From assembly GCA_903865015.1 (NCBI GenBank), contig CAIPID010000282.1:1-61767 (forward strand): 61,767 bases of DNA. Reading direction: 5' to 3'. Position 1 is the stretch's first letter. Each line of letters opens with the position of its first letter. A model generated the notes under the pieces. That model had not been told where the DNA came from and made no database searches. It worked only from the letters and a program-made list of their open reading frames with translations. The position numbers and the translations under genes are program-made. The stretch comes from an uncultured beta proteobacterium (GTDB lineage: Bacteria; Pseudomonadota; Gammaproteobacteria; Burkholderiales; Burkholderiaceae_B). Shown piece by piece: positions 49,069 through 58,292 of the stretch.

Positions 49069-49950
49069 TTATTTAATTCCGGTAATCGATGCAGCCATCG
49101 CGCGCGGATCACGCATCGGCCAGCGGCCACTGCTTGCGTGCGTGATAAAGCTTTGAACAATCCGGTTGAATTCTCCTGTAGCCTCGAGATTCATGGTGTG
49201 ACCACAATTCGGGATGATGGCCAGCGCAGCACTCGGGATGGTTTCCTTGAGCATCAGTCCTGGTTTCAGGCAGGGCCAGTCTTCGTCACCGTTAAGTATC
49301 AGGGTGGGGACGGTCAGTTTGGATAGCTGCTCCGTCAGGTTGTAGAGCGAAGGACGCTCGCGTTGAACGCCGAGCTGTGTGTTTGCAGAACCGAGTGCGG
49401 AGTGCTGGGCAAAGTCCTTTTTGAATTCAGCAAAACCTTTCGGATCGGCACGCTCAAAAGGAATGCGAGTTGGTCCATGCGCATAGGTATCTACAAATGC
49501 TTGCATGCCTTGTGTGAGCAGGATGTTGGCGCTGTACTCAGCTTCTTCGCGGAATTTGTCACGCTGATTAAGCTCCGCGCCGTAGCCGCAACCGGCGACA
49601 CATAAAGACAGGGCACGCTCGGGGTGTTGTAGACCAAAATGAAGCGTAGCGAAGCCTCCCATCGAGAGCCCCACAATGTGCGCACGATCAATTTTTAAAT
49701 GATTCATCACGGTAATGATGTCGGCGACTGCGCGATTTTGTGAATAAGATGTGTGCTCGGGAGGGACTGTGGAGGGCGGATAGCCACGCGCATTGAACGT
49801 AATGACTTGATACTGGCGCGAGAAGTATCGAACCTGGGGCTCCCAGCTATGCATTGTGGCCGCGAATTCATGGACAAACACTATTGGGGTGCCGGAGCCT
49901 GTGACTTCGTAGCAAAGTTCAATACCATCATCTGTTGTTGCAAAGGGCAT
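49069..49950 (-). CDS. alpha/beta hydrolase
   Basis: VHEFA, GLSMGG, GDED, CGH; ATG at 49950 coupled to the upstream gene. Confidence 0.9.
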   Translation of the reverse strand: MPFATTDDGIELCYEVTGSGTPIVFVHEFAATMHSWEPQVRYFSRQYQVITFNARGYPPSTVPPEHTSYSQNRAVADIITVMNHLKIDRAHIVGLSMGGFATLHFGLQHPERALSLCVAGCGYGAELNQRDKFREEAEYSANILLTQGMQAFVDTYAHGPTRIPFERADPKGFAEFKKDFAQHSALGSANTQLGVQRERPSLYNLTEQLSKLTVPTLILNGDEDWPCLKPGLMLKETIPSAALAIIPNCGHTMNLEATGEFNRIVQSFITHASSGRWPMRDPRAMAASITGIK

Positions 49951-49951
49951 G

Positions 49952-50692
49952 TTATTTCCTGAAAAAATTTGCAAAGGCAGTTTGTGCTTCGTCGGATTTA
50001 AGGCGCATAGTGAACAGCCCAAGCTCATAATCAAAGGCTGCATGGATCGCTGGACGCAAGCTATGTTTCATCATGCGTTTCGATAACTGTAAGGCTTCGG
50101 GTGGCAGTGTCGCCATCTCAGTCGCGACAGCTTGTGCCTGCGAGAGGGCTTTTCCCGGCGGTGTTATGCCGGTCGTGAAACCTGACTCACAGGCTTCGAC
50201 TCCAGTAAATGCGCGTCCGCGCAGCAACCATTCCGAGGCGCGTCTGGGGCCAACGATCTGCGCCATGCGTATGCTCGATGCCCCCTCGGGACACAGACCA
50301 AGTGGTACGAAAGGAATTCTGAAATTCGCATTGTCTGCAGCGTAGACAAAATCACAATGCTGCAACATGGTCACGCCAATTCCGATGGCACTGCCTTCGA
50401 CGGCGGCAATGATGGGCAAATCACAGTCCACGAGTGCCCGGAGAAACTTAAGCCCAGCGCTATCACCCGGCTCCCTGGGCGTTTGAAAGTCTTTCAGATC
50501 ATTGCCGGCGGTGAAGTAGTTGTTTGCACCCGTTAGGACGATTGCGCGTACCTCTTTATCATCGCTCGCGCTTGCGATCTGGTCCGCTAATAATAAGTAA
50601 GTCGCGATATCCAGCGCATTGCGACGCTCGGGACGATTGATGGTGAGCGTAAGCACGCCATTTCTCTTATCGACCAGTACCGTTTGATTCAC
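49952..50692 (-). CDS. enoyl-CoA hydratase/isomerase
   Basis: NRPERRNAL, FTAGND, AIGIG, LGLCPE. Confidence 0.9.
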   Translation of the reverse strand: MNQTVLVDKRNGVLTLTINRPERRNALDIATYLLLADQIASASDDKEVRAIVLTGANNYFTAGNDLKDFQTPREPGDSAGLKFLRALVDCDLPIIAAVEGSAIGIGVTMLQHCDFVYAADNANFRIPFVPLGLCPEGASSIRMAQIVGPRRASEWLLRGRAFTGVEACESGFTTGITPPGKALSQAQAVATEMATLPPEALQLSKRMMKHSLRPAIHAAFDYELGLFTMRLKSDEAQTAFANFFRK

Positions 50693-50780
50693 TATCCATT
50701 TCCTTAACTAAGGTCCGCACACAGGTGTGATGCGAACAATATTACCTAACAAATGACCTGAATGAGCGCAAAAAATATCT

Positions 50781-50812
50781 AAAAAAAAGCTCACCATAAA
50801 AGTGAGCTTTTT
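50781..50812 (-). terminator. intrinsic terminator after yccA
   Basis: AAAAAAAAGCTCAC-CATAAAA-GTGAGCTTTTT. Confidence 0.78.
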
Positions 50813-50840
50813 GTGTGACTGGTTTAACTGCGACGTTATG

Positions 50841-51545
50841 TCAGTCTCGGCTGCTACCGCCAAAGATGCCGAGGATTGCCAGCAAGTTTGAAAACACGTT
50901 GTAGACATCCAGATAGATGGCCAGTGTGGCAACAACGTAGTTTGTCTCGCCACCGTTTACGACGCGTTGCAGATCGATCAGCATGAACGCCGAAAAAATT
51001 ACGATCGCAACCACCGAGATGGTCAGCATCAGCGCGGGCAATTTAAGGAAAATATTTGCCAGGCTAGCGACCAGCAAGATCACTACGCCAATAAACATGA
51101 ACTTTGCCATGCCGGACAGATCGCGTTTAACTGTCGAGGCCAGCGTAGCCATTGTGCCAAAGACAATCGCCGTGCCACCAAAAGCAAACATGACCAGTTG
51201 CGTGCCGTTACTCATGCCAAGCACAAAACCGAGCAAGCGCGAGAGCATCACACCCATAAAGAAAGTGAACAGCAGTAAGAGACCTACTCCAAGTGAGCTG
51301 TCTTTATTTTTTTCGATCGCAAACATCAGACCAAAAGCGCCGATCAGAAAGAAAATAGCGGTCATGCCTGGGCTGGTGGCCATCACTTGATTCAGGCCGC
51401 TCGTCATGCCGACAGCTGCACCCAATACAGTTGGGATTAGCGAAATTGCCAACAGCCAGTAGGTATTGCGCAAGACCCGATTGCGCACAACCTCTTGGGC
51501 GGCGCCATAGGGGCTGCGGGTAAGGGTAGGGCGAACATCGTTCAT
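50841..51545 (-). CDS. yccA: Bax inhibitor-1/YccA family membrane protein
   Basis: NRVLRNTY.LL, seven hydrophobic segments, GGETNYV.AT..YLD..N.F. Confidence 0.92.
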   Translation of the reverse strand: MNDVRPTLTRSPYGAAQEVVRNRVLRNTYWLLAISLIPTVLGAAVGMTSGLNQVMATSPGMTAIFFLIGAFGLMFAIEKNKDSSLGVGLLLLFTFFMGVMLSRLLGFVLGMSNGTQLVMFAFGGTAIVFGTMATLASTVKRDLSGMAKFMFIGVVILLVASLANIFLKLPALMLTISVVAIVIFSAFMLIDLQRVVNGGETNYVVATLAIYLDVYNVFSNLLAILGIFGGSSRD

Positions 51546-51603
51546 GGAAAAGCTCCTGTCAGATAAATTTTGAACTCAGGGACAAATCATCATTCCCTCA
51601 GTC

Positions 51604-51631
51604 TATGACCGAAAGCATACCTGACAGTTCC
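51604..51631 (-). promoter_or_regulatory. candidate sigmaE promoter for yccA
   Basis: Minus strand GGAACTG-N16-TCATA versus consensus GAACTT-N16-TCnnA. Confidence 0.5.
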
Positions 51632-51685
51632 CTGAATGGCTAGGTTCGGATGAAAAAAAACGATAAAAATGCTTGACTGAGCGCT

Positions 51686-52117
51686 TTAGCTCAGCCGGTG
51701 TGACCTTAAATCATGTCCGGCAGCCTGGTACGCACGCCAGCGTGCCCGTGCTCCGGCTTTGTCAGAATCGTCGTCCGAGACGATTTCTAGCACCCGGGTG
51801 AGCTTGCCAACCCAGGGAGGACATTGTTCATCCAGATTCATTAACCAGGCCTCGGCGGGAGCATCATTGAGGACCTGTTCGAGGTTTTCGGATGCAAGAA
51901 TGATGGGGGTCTGCGCAGCCAGTGCATCACCTGCCATGACATGCGGGACAAAAGCCGCATCGTCTATTGCCCAGAGTTGCAAGTCAAATGCTTTTAGCCT
52001 GGCCGTATCTGAGCAATACACCACCATTTTTTGGCCAGCAAGATACTGTCGCAAAGCCGTTTGACAGGCTTGCGACAGTTTGTTTGAGGCTCCAAAAGCG
52101 AAATCGATACGCGCCAT
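51686..52117 (-). CDS. holC: DNA polymerase III chi subunit
   Basis: MARIDF, DLQLW...FVPH, ARARWRAY; downstream of pepA. Confidence 0.93.
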   Translation of the reverse strand: MARIDFAFGASNKLSQACQTALRQYLAGQKMVVYCSDTARLKAFDLQLWAIDDAAFVPHVMAGDALAAQTPIILASENLEQVLNDAPAEAWLMNLDEQCPPWVGKLTRVLEIVSDDDSDKAGARARWRAYQAAGHDLRSHRLS

Positions 52118-52126
52118 GGATTAGGC

Positions 52127-53638
52127 TTATGCGGATTGATTCAGCAGGAACTGCAGCAGCAGTGGGACGGGACGCCCCGTTGAGCCCTTGACGGCGCCAC
52201 CTTTCCATGCAGTGCCTGCTATATCGAGGTGCGCCCAGCGATACGCTTTGGCAAAGCGCGAAAGGAAGCAGGCTGCAGTGACGGCGCCAGCAGGTTGGCC
52301 ACCGATATTGGCCATGTCTGCAAAGTTTGATTTCAATTGAACCTGATACTCATCATCCAGAGGCATGCGCCAGGCAGGATCACCTGCTTGTTTACCTGCT
52401 TTGAGAATGGATTCAGCCAGTGCGTCGTCCTTTGAAAACAGGCCCGAATTCACCCCGCCGAGCGCGACGACGCAAGCGCCTGTCAAGGTCGCGATATCAA
52501 TTACGGCAGATGGCTTGAAGCGCTCTGCATAGGTCAGGGCATCACACAGAATCAGGCGACCTTCGGCATCCGTATTGAGAATTTCAATAGTTTGACCTGA
52601 CATGCTCTTGACCACATCGCCAGGTTTGTTCGCGCTGCCGTTGATCAGATTTTCGCAGGTCGGAATCAGACCGACCACCTCACCTGGCAGTCCGAGTTCA
52701 GCCAGTGCGCGGAAAGTACCCAGTACGCTTGCGGCGCCGCACATGTCGAACTTCATTTCGTCCATAGTGGCTGCGGGTTTGATTGAGACACCACCAGAAT
52801 CAAATGTGATGCCTTTACCCACCAGTACGACGGGACCGGTAGCGGTCTTGGCCGCGGCCTTGGCCGGTGCTTTGCCTTTGTAATGCAACACGATAAATCG
52901 TGGTGGCTGATCGGAGCCTTTGGAGACGGACAGGAAAGAGCCCATGCCCAGCGCTGAAATTTGCTTGGCATCCAGCACGGTCACTTTGATGCTTTTGAAT
53001 TCTCGACCAAGTTTTTTGGCCGTTTCGCCCAGATAAGTTGGCGTGCAGATGTTGCCTGGCAAGTTGCCGAGCGTGCGTGCCATCGACACGCCTTCGCCAA
53101 GTGCCGCGCCTTGTTTCAGGCCAAGATCGGTCGCGGTGCTGTCTGAGCGCGCGACCAGGAGGGAGATTTTTTTCAGTTTAGGACGAGCATCCGGGTTTGG
53201 TTTGCCAAACGTAGCATCGTAGTGATAGGTCGCTTCGCTAGCTGCCGCGGCCGCATCGCGTGCGCGATCCGTCGCTGTAGTGCCCGGGCAGGCGATCGCA
53301 GCGAGTGTTGACGTTGCTTCGGTGATGCGCGCTGTAATACATACGCTGGTAAAGGCCTTTTCTGCATTGGCATGCATGCGTGCGTTGTAATCCGCCTGCT
53401 TTCCCAGTCCGACGAGTACGACGCGCTGGGCTGCCACACCATCCAGATTACGCAGAACCAACGTGCTGTTTGCAGATCCAGTGAATTCAGTTTTCATCAC
53501 CGCACGGATTGCACCGTTGCTGGCACGATCAATGACATCGGCGGCTGGGCTGAGCACGCCGTCAGCAAAAATTCCAACAGCCAGCGCTGCAGTTTTGACT
53601 TGATGGATCGAGACTGAAGTGTTTGTACTGAATTCCAT
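52127..53638 (-). CDS. pepA: leucyl aminopeptidase
   Basis: [31 protein letters not shown]. Confidence 0.97.
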   Translation of the reverse strand: MEFSTNTSVSIHQVKTAALAVGIFADGVLSPAADVIDRASNGAIRAVMKTEFTGSANSTLVLRNLDGVAAQRVVLVGLGKQADYNARMHANAEKAFTSVCITARITEATSTLAAIACPGTTATDRARDAAAAASEATYHYDATFGKPNPDARPKLKKISLLVARSDSTATDLGLKQGAALGEGVSMARTLGNLPGNICTPTYLGETAKKLGREFKSIKVTVLDAKQISALGMGSFLSVSKGSDQPPRFIVLHYKGKAPAKAAAKTATGPVVLVGKGITFDSGGVSIKPAATMDEMKFDMCGAASVLGTFRALAELGLPGEVVGLIPTCENLINGSANKPGDVVKSMSGQTIEILNTDAEGRLILCDALTYAERFKPSAVIDIATLTGACVVALGGVNSGLFSKDDALAESILKAGKQAGDPAWRMPLDDEYQVQLKSNFADMANIGGQPAGAVTAACFLSRFAKAYRWAHLDIAGTAWKGGAVKGSTGRPVPLLLQFLLNQSA

Positions 53639-53812
53639 GTTTGGAGCCTATTTGCGTCTAAGGGTGATTTACGTCAAAGCATGCGTTCAATTATCTCGCA
53701 TTTTGTCCCTGCCCATAGGGTTTTCAATACATTCAGGAAAGAAGTATATTTCTTTTTGTTATTTAGTATATTTTCTATATTACTTATAATGTGATTTCAT
53801 TATGAGGCGCAT

Positions 53813-54751
53813 ATGAATTTGCAGCAATTCCTTTTTGTACGTGAAACCATCCGTCGCGACTTCAATCTGACAGAAGCCGCCCGCAACCTGTTCACTTCGC
53901 AGCCTGGGGTCTCAAAAGCCATTCTGGAATTTGAAGATGAGCTGGGCGTACAGATTTTTGAGCGTCACGGTAAGCGTATTAAAGGCTTGACCAAACCGGG
54001 TCAGGCGGTTGCGCAAGTCGTTGACCGGATTATGAGGGAAATCGATAATCTCAAAAAAGTCAGTGATGAATTCGCTAAGCGCGATGAGGGCAGCCTGGTG
54101 ATTGCCTGCACCCACACGCAGGCGCGATATGTGTTGCCTAAGGTCATTCCTGCCTTTCGTCAGAAATTTCCTCGTGTGCACCTTGCCCTGGCAGAGGGCA
54201 GCCCGCCGCAATTAGCCGAAATGGTCCTGCACGAGCAAGCTGATCTGGCGATCGCGACCGAATCACTCTCGTTGACGCCAGGACTGGAAACGCTGCCCTG
54301 TTATACATGGGAGCACACAGTGGTGGTGCGTCCCGATCATCCTCTGGCAGAGTTGTCCATGAAAAAGGGCTTTGTTCTGACGCTTGAGCATATCGCCAGC
54401 TACCCAATCGTTACCTACGACCGTGCATTTTCTGGCCGTCGCTCGGTCAATGAGGCGTTCGAAAAAGTAAATTTACATCCAGACATCGTGCTCGAAGCCA
54501 TCGATGCAGATGTGATTAAAACCTACGTAGATGTGGGGCTCGGCATCGGCATTATTGCTGGCGTTGCCTATGAGCCGGCGCGTGATACGAATCTGGTCAG
54601 CTTGCCTGCCGGGCACCTCTTTGGCAGTCAGACCACCCGCATCGCGATTAAGTCAGGGGTATTTTTACGCGATTATGTTTACACATTTATTTCCATGCTG
54701 ACACCCGAGCTGACCGAGGAAGCAGTCAGAGAGCTGATAGAAACCAAATGA
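53813..54751 (+). CDS. cysB: CysB/Cbl LysR-family regulator
   Basis: TSQPGVSK, THTQARY, IDADVIKTYV. Confidence 0.93.
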   Translation: MNLQQFLFVRETIRRDFNLTEAARNLFTSQPGVSKAILEFEDELGVQIFERHGKRIKGLTKPGQAVAQVVDRIMREIDNLKKVSDEFAKRDEGSLVIACTHTQARYVLPKVIPAFRQKFPRVHLALAEGSPPQLAEMVLHEQADLAIATESLSLTPGLETLPCYTWEHTVVVRPDHPLAELSMKKGFVLTLEHIASYPIVTYDRAFSGRRSVNEAFEKVNLHPDIVLEAIDADVIKTYVDVGLGIGIIAGVAYEPARDTNLVSLPAGHLFGSQTTRIAIKSGVFLRDYVYTFISMLTPELTEEAVRELIETK

Positions 54752-54798
54752 GAATAGGTATTATTACGCTTGCATTTTAAATAGGAATCATTATCATT
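54746..54798 (+). promoter_or_regulatory. Fur box(es) overlapping a sigma70 promoter
   Basis: AAATAGGAATCATTATCATT (54779-54798) and AATGAGAATAGGTATTATT (54747-54765); TTGCAT-16 bp-TATCAT. Confidence 0.75.
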
Positions 54799-54826
54799 AA
54801 GGCTCTTCGATTATGGAGCAGACTTA

Positions 54827-55186
54827 ATGCCGAGATCTTGTATTCCAATGCCTTCCCCGTCGGGTTGCGTTCACAACGCGATACGGCACGCCGTCATCGT
54901 CGGGGCGGATCGCCTGGGAAATATTCCCGATTTACTGCGTGATCACAATATTTCGATCACCCATCACATCAGCGGTCGTGACCCTGCACATCAAAAAAAG
55001 ACGCTTCATCTTCCTTCGGGAACGCAAATCGTTATCTTGCTGACTGATTTTTTAGGTCACAATGTGATGAAAACGTTTCGCCAGGCAGCCCAGCGTGGGG
55101 GAATTCAGGTTGTTGCGTGCAGGCGCTCTGTGTGCGCCATGCAGCAGGCTTTGAACCAATGTGGGCTTTGCGGGAAATCAGCTTGA
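54827..55186 (+). CDS. DUF2325 domain protein
   Basis: IVGADRLGNI, H.SGR, LTDFLGHN, CRRS. Confidence 0.8.
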   Translation: MPRSCIPMPSPSGCVHNAIRHAVIVGADRLGNIPDLLRDHNISITHHISGRDPAHQKKTLHLPSGTQIVILLTDFLGHNVMKTFRQAAQRGGIQVVACRRSVCAMQQALNQCGLCGKSA

Positions 55187-55212
55187 TGAGTTTAAGCGTT
55201 TACCAAGAATGA

Positions 55213-55854
55213 CTACTTGGCGGCGACGGCTTTCAGATCGAGGCGGCGCGCGCCTGTGTAGCGCTTTGCCCAGTAACGGTCATTCATGTTTTCTACGCGA
55301 ACCACACCACCTGAGGCGGGGGAGTGTACAAACTGATCCTGACCGATATAGACACCGACATGTGAATATTTGCGACCCATGGTGTTAAAAAACACTAGGT
55401 CACCTACGGCGAGCTCAGAGCGTGCAACGTTATCGCCTTGTCTGGCCATATCATCTGCACGGGGAGGTAATTTCAATCCGAGAGACTGACTGGCCGAGTA
55501 ACCAACTAAACCACTGCAATCAAAACCGGTGTCGGGTGTTTTACCACCAGACCGATAGCGCACGCCCAGCTGCGTCATCATGTGCGCGGCAAGAGGGTGA
55601 TCGATGTCTGCAAAGTACAAGCCGTTACCGCTTTTTGAGCGGGCCAGAAAAGCACCAATCGGATCGTTTGAATTGCGCCAGTCGGCGCTCGTGGCGGAAT
55701 AGCCACCCAGACCAAAACCAGCATTTTTTTGAGCTTCCATCCCTGTACAACCACTTAACAACGTGATGGCTGCCACAGCAGTTACCGATGTCGCACGCTT
55801 GAGAGCGCGGGCATGGTGTGTGATGCGTGCAAAGGAGGAAAAAAATGGAATCAT
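55213..55854 (-). CDS. NlpC/P60 (C40) peptidoglycan peptidase lipoprotein
   Basis: LLSGC lipobox, GFDCSG, GDLVFF, SHVG, FVH. Confidence 0.92.
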   Translation of the reverse strand: MIPFFSSFARITHHARALKRATSVTAVAAITLLSGCTGMEAQKNAGFGLGGYSATSADWRNSNDPIGAFLARSKSGNGLYFADIDHPLAAHMMTQLGVRYRSGGKTPDTGFDCSGLVGYSASQSLGLKLPPRADDMARQGDNVARSELAVGDLVFFNTMGRKYSHVGVYIGQDQFVHSPASGGVVRVENMNDRYWAKRYTGARRLDLKAVAAK

Positions 55855-56001
55855 GCGGTCCGGTGTGAATTGAATGCTTTATTGCGTTGCATCAATTTTG
55901 AGGGTTTTTTCGATAAATGGCAAGGCTCGTGAAAGCTTCACCTGTCACAATCATAGTACAAAAAGTGATTTCACCCAAAATTCAATTTCCGGAGACTGTC
56001 C

Positions 56002-57888
56002 ATGAATGCTGTCCAAGCCTTCCACCGCCGCTCGATTCAGGATCGTGATCAATTCTGGCGTGATGAGGCTTCAGCGATTCACTGGCAGGTCCCTTTTCAG
56101 CAGGTGATTGACGACTCTAAGCTACCCTTTGCCAAATGGTTTGTAGGTGGACAGACTAACCTGTGTTTTAACGCTGTAGACAGATGGCTGGACAGTCGTG
56201 CGGATCAGGCTGCGCTGATCTGGGTGTCAACAGAAGTCGATCAGGAGCGCACCTATACCTACCGCCAGCTTTATCAGGAGGTCAATGCGGTCGCCGCAAT
56301 GCTAAAAGCCCAGGGCGTCGGGCAGGGTGATCGTGTGCTGATTTATATGCCCATGGTGCCTGAGGCTGTTTTTGCGATGCTGGCCTGTGCGCGTCTGGGA
56401 GCGATCCACTCGGTCGTGTTTGGTGGGTTTGCGTCAGTCAATCTGGCGCAGCGTATCGACGATGCCAAACCTAAAGTCATCGTCTGTGCGGATGCGGGCG
56501 CGCGCGCTGGCAAAGTCACTCCCTACAAGCCTTTGCTGGACAAAGCCGTTTCGCTTTGTACGGCGCCACCCGAAAAAGTAATTGTCGTAGATCGCGGCTT
56601 GTTTGCTTTTGAGCCCGTCGCAGGTCGTGACTTGGATTATGCAAGCTTGCGTCAGCAATTTGACGGGGCAGAGATCCCCGCCGTATGGCTCGAGTCGTCC
56701 GCACCTAGTTATGTGCTTTACACCTCCGGCACAACGGGTAAGCCTAAAGGCGTTCAGCGCGATGTCGGAGGATATGCGGTGGCGCTGGCGTCCTCGATCA
56801 AGCATATTTTTAATGGAAAGCCAGGCGACACCTTTCTTTGTACCAGTGATATTGGCTGGGTTGTCGGCCATTCCTATATTGTCTATGGCCCATTGATTGG
56901 CGGACAGACCACCATTCTTTACGAAGGCACCCCCGTCAGGCCCGATGGCGGGATTCTCTGGAGCCTGGTTGAGCGCTTCAAGGTCGACACAATGTTTTCT
57001 GCACCAACGGCTATTCGCGTACTCAAAAAGCAGGATCCAGGTCTGCTTAAAAAATACGACCTATCCTCCTTGCGTGCTTTATATATGGCAGGTGAGCCGC
57101 TGGACGAGCCCACTGCTCAGTGGATCTCTGAGGGGCTGGGTAAACCGATTATTGATAATTACTGGCAGACTGAGACAGGCTGGCCGATCCTCGCGGGCCA
57201 GCCAGGCATTGACAATACTCCGACTAAGTTCGGCAGCCCATCCTTTCCTGTCTATGGCTTTGATGTCCGGGTGATAGATGAGCAGACGGGTCAGGATCTC
57301 GGACCTAACCAAAAAGGCGTTGTCGCCATTGTGCCTCCCTTGCCGCCAGGTGCGATGACCACCATCTGGGGCGATGACGCCCGCTTTGTTGAAACCTATT
57401 TTTCGTCGATTCCCGGGCGACAGGTGTATTCAACTTTTGACTGGGGACTTGTCGACGAAGATGATTACTGGTTCATTCTGGGACGTACCGATGATGTGAT
57501 TAACGTCGCAGGCCATCGTTTAGGCACTCGGGAAATCGAAGAGTCCATTAATAGCCACTCAGCCGTCGCCGAGTCTGCTGTGGTCGGGATCGCTGACCAG
57601 CTCAAAGGCCAGGTCGCAGTAGGTTTTGTTGTGCTCAAAGACCCAAGCTTGCTTGATGTCGCTGGTGCGACACAAAAGCTCGAGGCAGAGATTATGAAAG
57701 TGGTGGATGAGCAGTTGGGGCCAGTTGCCCGTCCAGCCCGGGTACGTTTCGTCACGACCCTGCCGAAGACGCGGTCTGGTAAAGTACTCCGTCGCGCGAT
57801 TGTCGCGGTTTGCGAAGGACGCGACCCTGGTGATCTCACCACAATCGAAGACCCCACTGCACTTGAACAAATTAAGGATTCACTATGA
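56002..57888 (+). CDS. prpE: propionate--CoA ligase
   Basis: [37 protein letters not shown]. Confidence 0.93.
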   Translation: MNAVQAFHRRSIQDRDQFWRDEASAIHWQVPFQQVIDDSKLPFAKWFVGGQTNLCFNAVDRWLDSRADQAALIWVSTEVDQERTYTYRQLYQEVNAVAAMLKAQGVGQGDRVLIYMPMVPEAVFAMLACARLGAIHSVVFGGFASVNLAQRIDDAKPKVIVCADAGARAGKVTPYKPLLDKAVSLCTAPPEKVIVVDRGLFAFEPVAGRDLDYASLRQQFDGAEIPAVWLESSAPSYVLYTSGTTGKPKGVQRDVGGYAVALASSIKHIFNGKPGDTFLCTSDIGWVVGHSYIVYGPLIGGQTTILYEGTPVRPDGGILWSLVERFKVDTMFSAPTAIRVLKKQDPGLLKKYDLSSLRALYMAGEPLDEPTAQWISEGLGKPIIDNYWQTETGWPILAGQPGIDNTPTKFGSPSFPVYGFDVRVIDEQTGQDLGPNQKGVVAIVPPLPPGAMTTIWGDDARFVETYFSSIPGRQVYSTFDWGLVDEDDYWFILGRTDDVINVAGHRLGTREIEESINSHSAVAESAVVGIADQLKGQVAVGFVVLKDPSLLDVAGATQKLEAEIMKVVDEQLGPVARPARVRFVTTLPKTRSGKVLRRAIVAVCEGRDPGDLTTIEDPTALEQIKDSL

Positions 57889-58292
57889 AAACTAAAGCCG
57901 TATTGTCCGATTCCGACGTTGCAAAAATGCTGGCCGCCTCAAAGGCTTGTGCCAATAAAAATAATTGGGCAGTGACAATCGCGATCGTTGATGATGGGGG
58001 CCATCTGCTTGGTTTGCAGCGTCTGGATGGTGCGGCGCCAGTTTCGGCGCATATCGCTCCCGCTAAAGCACATACCGCTGCGCTGGGTCGCCGCGAAACC
58101 AAAGTCTACGAAGACATCATCAACAATGGCCGTACTGCATTTTTGTCTGCACCTTTAGTCGCAGGCATGCTCGAAGGCGGCGTGCCAATTGTGATCGATG
58201 GCGAGGTCATTGGCGCAGTTGGCGTCTCCGGCGTGAAATCCTCCGAGGATGCAGAAGTCGCTCAAGCTGGGATCGCTGCGCTGACTGCATGA
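57885..58292 (+). CDS. GlcG/HbpS family heme-binding protein
   Basis: IAIVDDGG, KAHTAA, GGVPI...IGAVGVSG. Confidence 0.9.
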   Translation: MKTKAVLSDSDVAKMLAASKACANKNNWAVTIAIVDDGGHLLGLQRLDGAAPVSAHIAPAKAHTAALGRRETKVYEDIINNGRTAFLSAPLVAGMLEGGVPIVIDGEVIGAVGVSGVKSSEDAEVAQAGIAALTA

